A program made the translations under genes and the position numbers. Below the pieces are notes generated by a model. The model worked only from the letters and a program-made list of their open reading frames with translations. It searched no databases and was not told where the DNA came from. DNA of 57,898 nt, filler included, from Sphacelaria rigidula (taxonomy: Eukaryota), in the NCBI GenBank assembly GCA_964200075.2. It is 6 parts of 6 records of this genome, joined end to end, with 100 filler letters (N's around TTAATTAATTAA, not from the genome) between each part and the next. Parts side by side here need not be neighbours in the genome. Positions count along the whole stretch, not along the records: positions 48,333 to 57,898 come from CAXNAA020008200.1; 5 more parts are not named here. One strand, written 5' to 3'. Positions 50,884 through 57,898 of the stretch are shown here, piece after piece (position 1 is the stretch's first letter; every line of letters starts with the position of its first letter).

Positions 50884-53840
50884 GGTCTACTGTATTGCAA
50901 CAGACAAAGGATCCCATACTGTACGCTGCACACTTTTTGGCAAATATAATCTTCTGTCCAAGACGTGGAGAAGTTACACACCTGCCTTGTAGCAATGGTA
51001 CATATAATTACAGTACCCACTCTTCTCCATGCGTCACTCGCAGTCCACGTGCACGGGGACAGCCACGTGGAGGGTTAGGCGCAGACGGTTATCTCATGAT
51101 ACTTACTCAGCACGCACTATATGCCGTACAGGGTAGGTGGCAGGCACTTTTTGAAAGCTTTCCACACCCTGGATAATAGATGACACTGTAAACAAGCGCA
51201 TCGCGTATAGGATGGAATCTGTTGTCTACTGCAATATTGATTGATCGATTGATTGATAATCTCACATTACTGATTGCAACAATTCAGCCGGTGGTCAGGA
51301 GCAGCAAAAAAAAAAAAAAGAATAAGGAAAAAAGAGAAAGGAAAGAAACAGACAAACACGAGAAAAATAGAGAAGAAATATTCACATTGGTCGATACTGT
51401 ACGCAGTATACTTTTTTGGCACATGTAATATTTACGTCCACCATGAGACCACGGCTGGACCCCTGGGGGGTCAGTTAAAGTACATCAATCAATCAATCAA
51501 TCAATCAATATTTTGTCCAGAGGTAAGAAGACTTCACGTACTCTCTGGGACTATCGAATACGATGCGGAGTATATAATAGCAGCCATAGCGAGAGCATCC
51601 GCGTGCCTACGAGAACGTTCGGTGACTTGATCGTATTGCGCACGAGTACGTGTCCCCCGGGATGAAATATTTCAAATACGTGTAAAATATTCCGACATAT
51701 TCCAAGTCAAGAGTCAAAATAATTACTGCATCACTTTGGCGTGCATTGCTTTTCGAGAACAAAATAGCAGGCCCCAGAAAACTCAGGAATGTGTCCTGAC
51801 AAGGAACGGGGGTATAGAGATTGGCTTCTGACTTGCTGTAAGCTCGTGTATACACTCAGTACACAGTAACAGTACATTTTTTCCCCATGTTTACCCTCAC
51901 GTGGTTGATTGCAGAGTCAGTGCCACCAAATATTTTGAATGTTGCTCGATAATTGTGCGTCCGTTGCAAATCGATGCCGTCCACAACAACAGCGCTGTGA
52001 AATTCTTTTCTTGTGTTGCAGATCTTTGGTTCTCGGTCGCGCACGTGTGATGAGGCTATTTATGATATGACGCGGATCCATTGTGTCGATTCTACTGTAC
52101 TTGTACTGCACTCTGTCATAGCTCTCGTCTAATTGACTATTATAGCGAACAGTCAAGTATAGCGTTCTCGGACGCAACACAACGCAGCACTGACCTGGAA
52201 GCAGGAACTGACTGCGAAGACATCAAACCGAGGATATCTTGTGATGAAGGGTGTACCGTTATTCTTCAAGAGCGCATATATCTACACGTGCTCGTTGTGG
52301 GTGTGACTCGGTACGAAGTTGTGCTGGCCCGTTTTTGGTGTATACTAGTAATACAACTATTACACGAAATGGCAACATGTGTCCGAGAGGGGTCGGTATA
52401 TCTGGGTTCAAACCTCGACAGCTTTGAAAAAGATTTGGGATCATCAGGACATAACGATACATTGCCGTGTAGTGCAGCAAAGTAGTCAACACGCAACTAT
52501 CTTCTGTTGCTGGCGTAAGGCAGGTTGAGGCGTTTGACCCAAGACTACTGACAAGTCCACAAGAAAAGATCCCACAGCCACTGTTGTGGGTACGCCTCGG
52601 ATCCAGAGACCCGTTCGGTCGGACGATCCCGACAAAATATTTCCCCAACAGCAGCTTTTATGCTGGACATGGCTAAACAGGCGGGATGGCCATCGCAATT
52701 TCAGAATATTCGTAGGCTCCAGGGAATTGGTGTAAACTGGCTCAAGCACATGTTTGAAACTTGCTGGGTTAATACGGAGGGTGTGACACATCTTTCGCCT
52801 AGTCAGAGCATGCTGCACATGACGTGGATTGAGTGCAACATTGCTGCAACACAGCAACCGACCCATGTTTATAGACACCAACATCTGGGAATCACGGGGA
52901 ATATAGCCTCAACACGAAAGAAGCACTCGTCTACATGAAAGTATACTTCGATACCTGTAAGGAATATCACAGCGAGCAATGCAGTAGACCTCATGAGACC
53001 AGCCAGTCAGCTCCAAGTATGAAGAGTGTTGAGTGTTCGTATGCACCCTGCCACCCTGCACCTACACCCTTTTCCTCACATTCGACCAAATATGTAGTGT
53101 AGTCCCGTTGATGAACACAGGTGTATCATCTTCCCTCTCCCGTCTTCAAAATAGATACAGGACCATCAAACGCCGTTTTGACTATTAAAAGAAGCTGAAT
53201 TTCATTATATAACCAACTCATCGAGATATGTCATTAACACTTACCATGATCTTGGATGTATTTTAGAAAACAGTAAAAATAGTGGTCATCCATGACCAAC
53301 GGGTCTTCAACCAAATATTATGACTAAAAAACAAAAAATGATCATGTATCATACCATATCAACTTGACTTCATGCCGTTCCTTCATTAAGCCGGCGCCGC
53401 GTAGCCAGGCGGGAGTTGAGTCATCTCACGACGTGATTGGCAGAGTACTTTGCTTTCGTGGGTTCAGCTGGACATGATCATTGATAGTGGAGTGTAACGG
53501 CTGTTTTACGGTATTGTCCCCTTGATTATCTGACTCTACTGGAGTCAAGAGTGCGGTGCCGCCCTGTGAAGAGAACGCTTCGGCCGGACTGTGACCGTCA
53601 CGGAGCATTGGGGGCCGGCGTGGGAATCTGCGCAAGGTGCCATCGGGTGTATTGGGCTACGAAGGCTAATCTAAAGCAAGCCTCTGCCCGAAATACTTGT
53701 CCAAACTGCAGCATCAGCGTTGGAGAGAGAGAGAAAAAACAACCAGGTGTACTCAACCCACCTTCGACTCCCACTTGCACGACGCCTCACATACGAGGCA
53801 AAGATTCACAGCAGAACAGCTCTCGTGCTTTGAGCAAACC

Positions 53841-54201
53841 ATGGTGACTCCTTGTTGCAACAGCATAGCAGCAGCCTTGACAGCTACATTGGTCGTCGTC
53901 TCCATCGGGTACCACCCTATTACAGAAGCACTCCTCTCGGTCGGCGGAAGCTCATTGACAGCACTCCGCGCGTACCCGCCGCCGCCGCACTGCCGAGCGG
54001 ACCGGATCGTAGCCGCAGCAGCAGCATCAGACGGACCAAAAACAGATGCCAGCGATGGCACCCGCAGTAGCGCCCGCAGCGGTAAGGGCAGCCAGAGCAA
54101 GCCCTTTAAATCGGGAAGGGTGAACGTGAGCTTGAACCCCCAGGCCTCACGACGGCCAGCGGACCCGAAAAAAAAGGAAAAGCAGCCGCAAAAAAAACAA
54201 G

Positions 54202-54234
<33 letters not shown>

Positions 54235-54906
54235 CAAAAAAGGGATTCGCCGGACTTCCGACAGTGGAAGTGAGATTACCGTCTTTTTCGGCGTTAAAGG
54301 CTGCCGGGCCGAAGAAGAAGGACGTGGGTGAAGCCGATTATGCTGATGAGCGACAGTCAGCGCGGTGGGGCGTGCCGCCGCCGCCCGAACTCACTTTCAC
54401 GAATCCGATCACGGCTGTCTCGGAATCCGTCTCGACCGCTGCCAAATCCGTGTCAGGATCGGTGAAATCCGTCGGGCAAGGGGTGACGGGCGTCAAGGAT
54501 GCGCTCTACGATGCGGCCGACACAGCCGGATCTTTGGTACAGCTCACGCAAGAGTCTATCGATAAGGTAGCCGGGGTTGACGGCGGTGGCAAGCGGGAGG
54601 GTGGACCGGCGGCGGGGGTGGCGACAACGGCGGCAAAGGGCGACGCGAAGCAAGGGTCACCGCCCGACTCGATGATGATGGCGACGGCGACGGGGTTCTC
54701 CTCGTCCGGCGCGACAACCCCAACAGGTGGAGGCGGGGGTATCGAAGGGGTGGTCTCGGTGTTGAAGGCATTGGGCAGCGGAGCCGTCGTGGTGAAGGAT
54801 GCGTTTTGGGGCTCGATTGAGGTACTGGGTGACGCCGTCGATGCTGCCCAGAAGGTCCCCGAGGTGGCCAAGAGCTTTACGGAGGACAGCAAGGCAGCGC
54901 TGGAAG
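53841..54906 (+). CDS. First exon of an uncharacterised, probably plastid-targeted protein
   Basis: aaaccATGG start, hydrophobic signal peptide (IAAALTATLVVVSIG) and a Ser/Arg/Ala-rich transit-like region. An internal repeat appears as GVTGVKDALYDAAD and GAVVVKDAFWGSIE. Strong donor G|GTAAGC. Confidence 0.75.
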
Positions 54907-55228
54907 GTAAGCTCGTGCCTTTGACCTCTAGGTGAGCGGCATTGACGGACCATTGCTGCGGGAGCGTGGATGGATACATGAAACTGCGAGGCATCCACGG
55001 ATCTTTACTGGTGGAAATACAGAAAACAAAATATAAAAAACAAGAAAAAAATCATGTGTTGACTTTCCTCCTTTGTGACGCCGGCTGATGCGCCCAAATA
55101 TATACCGAAAGGTGTACACTGGCGTCCAGAATAGATGGGATAAAAACCCACGCGCGCGCGCGCGCGTGCTTACATACCCACAATGAGGGGGTATCGATAA
55201 ATGATGTCAAAACCAAGGGACAAAATTC

Positions 55229-55484
55229 CGCATGTCGGACAGATCATTATAATGACTTTCCCTCAGTTTGCTGGTCTAGACCATGATCCGGATAATGATC
55301 TAGATCATTTGCCCACCCTTTCCATGTTTACTCCCTACAGCGCCGAACGCCGAGTAGCGCAAGGGTTGCGCTTTGGCTGTCCTGACTCCGCGGTCACACA
55401 CTTGGTGTTTTTGGACAAAACGAATTCGAGAATGTTCTTCTTCGATTAGTTCTTTCAGGCAGATCATGATCTGTCCGACGTGTG
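55229..55484. mobile_element. MITE (~255 bp)
   Basis: TIR CGCATGTCGGACAGATCAT / ATGATCTGTCCGACGTGTG. A similar right end (CTGTCCGACGTGTG) occurs at ~11745-11757. Confidence 0.75.
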
Positions 55485-55869
55485 CAAGATTCCGCAATGG
55501 GGCACGCATGGGCACAAGTCGATAGCGTCTCAGTCAACGGCGGCGAGCTTTGTAGATGGTGAGACTTACCGCCTGTAAATACAGCATGGCGGGCACCATT
55601 AAACACGTGGGGTTCGACACATGTACCGTGCATACCTTGACATATTTTTTCGAGGGCTCGGTCGAGAACGAAACGCTTCGGAACTTGGTATTGGATCGAT
55701 TTTTGTCAGATCCCCGTTGTTTTCATGTAATGATTTGCTAATTTCAATGACCCCCTGGTTTGGGCCATGCTGTAGCTGTACGTGTACCCCTTCACTCAAA
55801 TCGTGTGCTGTGTGGGGGTGTCCGTATTGTCGTCACAACGCATTCCTGTCTGTGTTGTTCAAAAAGCCT

Positions 55870-56171
55870 GGGTCACCCAGGAGGAGAGTAAACGCAGTTG
55901 TTTTCTTGTTATTTTATTCATTTCGCTTTAGTAGTCCACCTTCCTTCTGCAGTGCTGGCCTTGAGTTTTTTTTATCGCGAGAAGGGCTCAGCTGTCCCTT
56001 CCCCTCGTCGACCGTGAAGTCGAACTCTGTGTACGCTGGACATAGTCGCTCTCCACTGTTGGGCATGCTGTGAGATGAAAAATCCCACATCGTGTAACTT
56101 TACTGAGATTCAAATCCATCTCCCAACCGTCACACGGTTTCCACGATGCCAGCTGAACTACCGGGGCGACC
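55870..56171 (-). mobile_element. tRNA-derived SINE copy (diverged)
   Basis: Homology to 10514-10800, e.g. CATAGTCGCTCTCCACTGTTGGGCATG and CCGGGGCGACC. Confidence 0.85.
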
Positions 56172-57624
56172 GCCTACAAAACATGCCTCATTTTTTTATA
56201 GCAATCGAAAACAGCAGATGTTTTTCTTCATTTTTTCTGTTTATTCGTGTGCATGGTCCTCTTCCATATAATATTTCGCGACGTTGTACTGCTCTCGTGG
56301 TTACCGGCTGCACATACATACTGCTGTTTTCTGTCGAACGGAGAAAAAAGGCACGCTTTTTGTTTTTTGTCGAACGAAGGCAGCAGGTTTTGTTATTTTT
56401 TCTCTCCCCGTCCTTCATGTTTTGTTTTGTTTTTTCTTATCGAGACCCCACTTTCTCGAGTCTCTTTTGTTTTTTGCTTTCGACTTTTTCCAGCTCGATT
56501 CGATTCACCTTGGATGCCGTGCGTCCATCCTGTGACTTTATCGAAAGCTGATTTCGAAACGGATCTGTTAGTGCATCTGGATACGGGAAATATAACGTCG
56601 TCTAGTTGCCGTTCAGAGCTGGGGCCCAATCACGGCACATGACCTGTTCTCGTCCTCGAGTTTCAATTTTCGACTTAATGTGTGTTTGCTATGCAAGGAA
56701 CGCCCTCAGTACGCTCATCCTCCCGAACCTCAATGTAGTGATGATGCCAACTGACGGACGCTGGGAATCATAAAACTTTTTTTTTTCAATGGAAGATGAG
56801 ATTTCGCGACGTTCCGGATTCTAGGAAGCTTTTTTTTTTTCGTGGACATGGAACGAGTATGCGTGCTCTTGTGCAAGGCCTCTTCTTCCAGCTGAAGGCA
56901 TTTTGTAAAGAGGCCCGTCCATTTCTAGTTGCCGTTTTTTTCGCTCTTTTTTTCTTTATATCCAAGTCTGCTCTCTTTTTCTGTTCTTTCTTTCTATATT
57001 CCTCACTTTTCTGCAGCGAGTGTCTCCGTTTTGCTTACCCTCGGGACGGTGCGCCGATGTTGTGGATAATGACCACTACGGGATCCCTCGGGGACTAGTT
57101 AATGTAGTGCGACAATCAAATCAAGTGAAAGTACATTTATACATGAGATTTCCAAGGTTGTGTTCTCTAGGGTATACCGGCTGAAAATTCGGATCTCTCA
57201 AGAATTATTATTAGTATGAGTATTAGTATTAGTATTTTATCCGTCACATTAGCTCCATCTATCGAACCCGTGTTCACAGAGTGCAAGGGGCATACCACCC
57301 ATACCCATAGCTCAAACAGCCCGCAGAAGAAGGCAAGAAGCAACACATCTACACGAAAAAAAACACCTACACCACGAAAGATCCGTATGAGACCCATTGA
57401 ACTAAAGAAGTATAGGAAGAGGTAATTAATCGGCAAATGCCCTTCCGTACCAAGCCGGAGTGTTCGGAACAGGGCTCAATAACCCGCCGAATCATACCGG
57501 AATGTTCGATATACATCCCGGGATGGTTCAGCATGCCAACCGAATGTCTCCTACTTCCGGGAATATACCCTACAGAAACACAATCTTGAGTATCACGTTT
57601 TCCAGTGTCAGTTTATATCACTAC

Positions 57625-57732
57625 TGACACTTTCTACGATAGCACCCCCCCCCAAAAAAAAAGAAAATGGCTGGTTTGGGGAGTCGAAATCTACACGTAA
57701 ATGGAAACGAAAAAAGCCGAGCACAAGGAGCA
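57625..57732 (-). repeat. Interspersed repeat also present at 48333-48433 (+)
   Basis: Shared TTGTGCTCGGCTTTT...AGATTTCG.CTCCC...GCTATCGTAGAA.GTGTCA. Confidence 0.75.
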
Positions 57733-57898
57733 GCTGGGAATTTCCACGCTTGGGTTCGTTCTCGCCAATGTCGCCCATACGAGGCGCTTCGTGTAGCCTA
57801 AAAACAATCATCAGGTGCTGTATGACCGTTTTCTTCGTGACAGTTTTGGGTGGGTTCGCGGGGGGGGGGGGGGGGGGGGGGGGGAGGAGTGGGAACGG

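Overview
This is eukaryotic, intron-rich DNA. A brown alga or related stramenopile is most likely, inferred from GT-AG multi-kb introns, a flagellar DRC5 gene, signal-peptide + ASAFAP-type plastid targeting and no obvious CpG depletion. The window is not one locus. It is six scaffolds of almost identical length (9567, 9567, 9566, 9566, 9566, 9566 bp) joined by artificial 100-nt N-TTAATTAATTAA-N spacers, so synteny across spacers means nothing. Gene fragments by scaffold: (1) TCTE1/DRC5, 3 exons, minus strand; (2) one CWH43/PGAP2IP-like EEP-domain exon; (3) an armadillo-repeat protein, 3 exons; (4) a SNF1/AMPK-related kinase, 6 exons with a very long disordered tail; (5) a large unidentified exon plus an RTE LINE remnant; (6) a probable Tat-targeted thylakoid-lumen protein exon, head-to-head with another probably plastid-targeted gene. 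Introns and intergenic DNA are dense in non-autonomous elements: a tRNA-derived SINE, TA- and TTAA-type MITEs, long foldback hairpins and a modular ~700-bp unclassified repeat found on five scaffolds. The most unusual structure is a cluster of YACCCTGGAC-terminated elements at 14.26-17.26 kb, filled with ~42-bp-period arrays of a conserved CAAT-N4-ATTG palindrome separated by short, highly variable spacers. A relative at 50.7-50.9 kb carries a perfect 78-bp loopless palindrome. I found no CRISPR array, prokaryotic operon or intact transposase. All identifications are by eye, without database searches.
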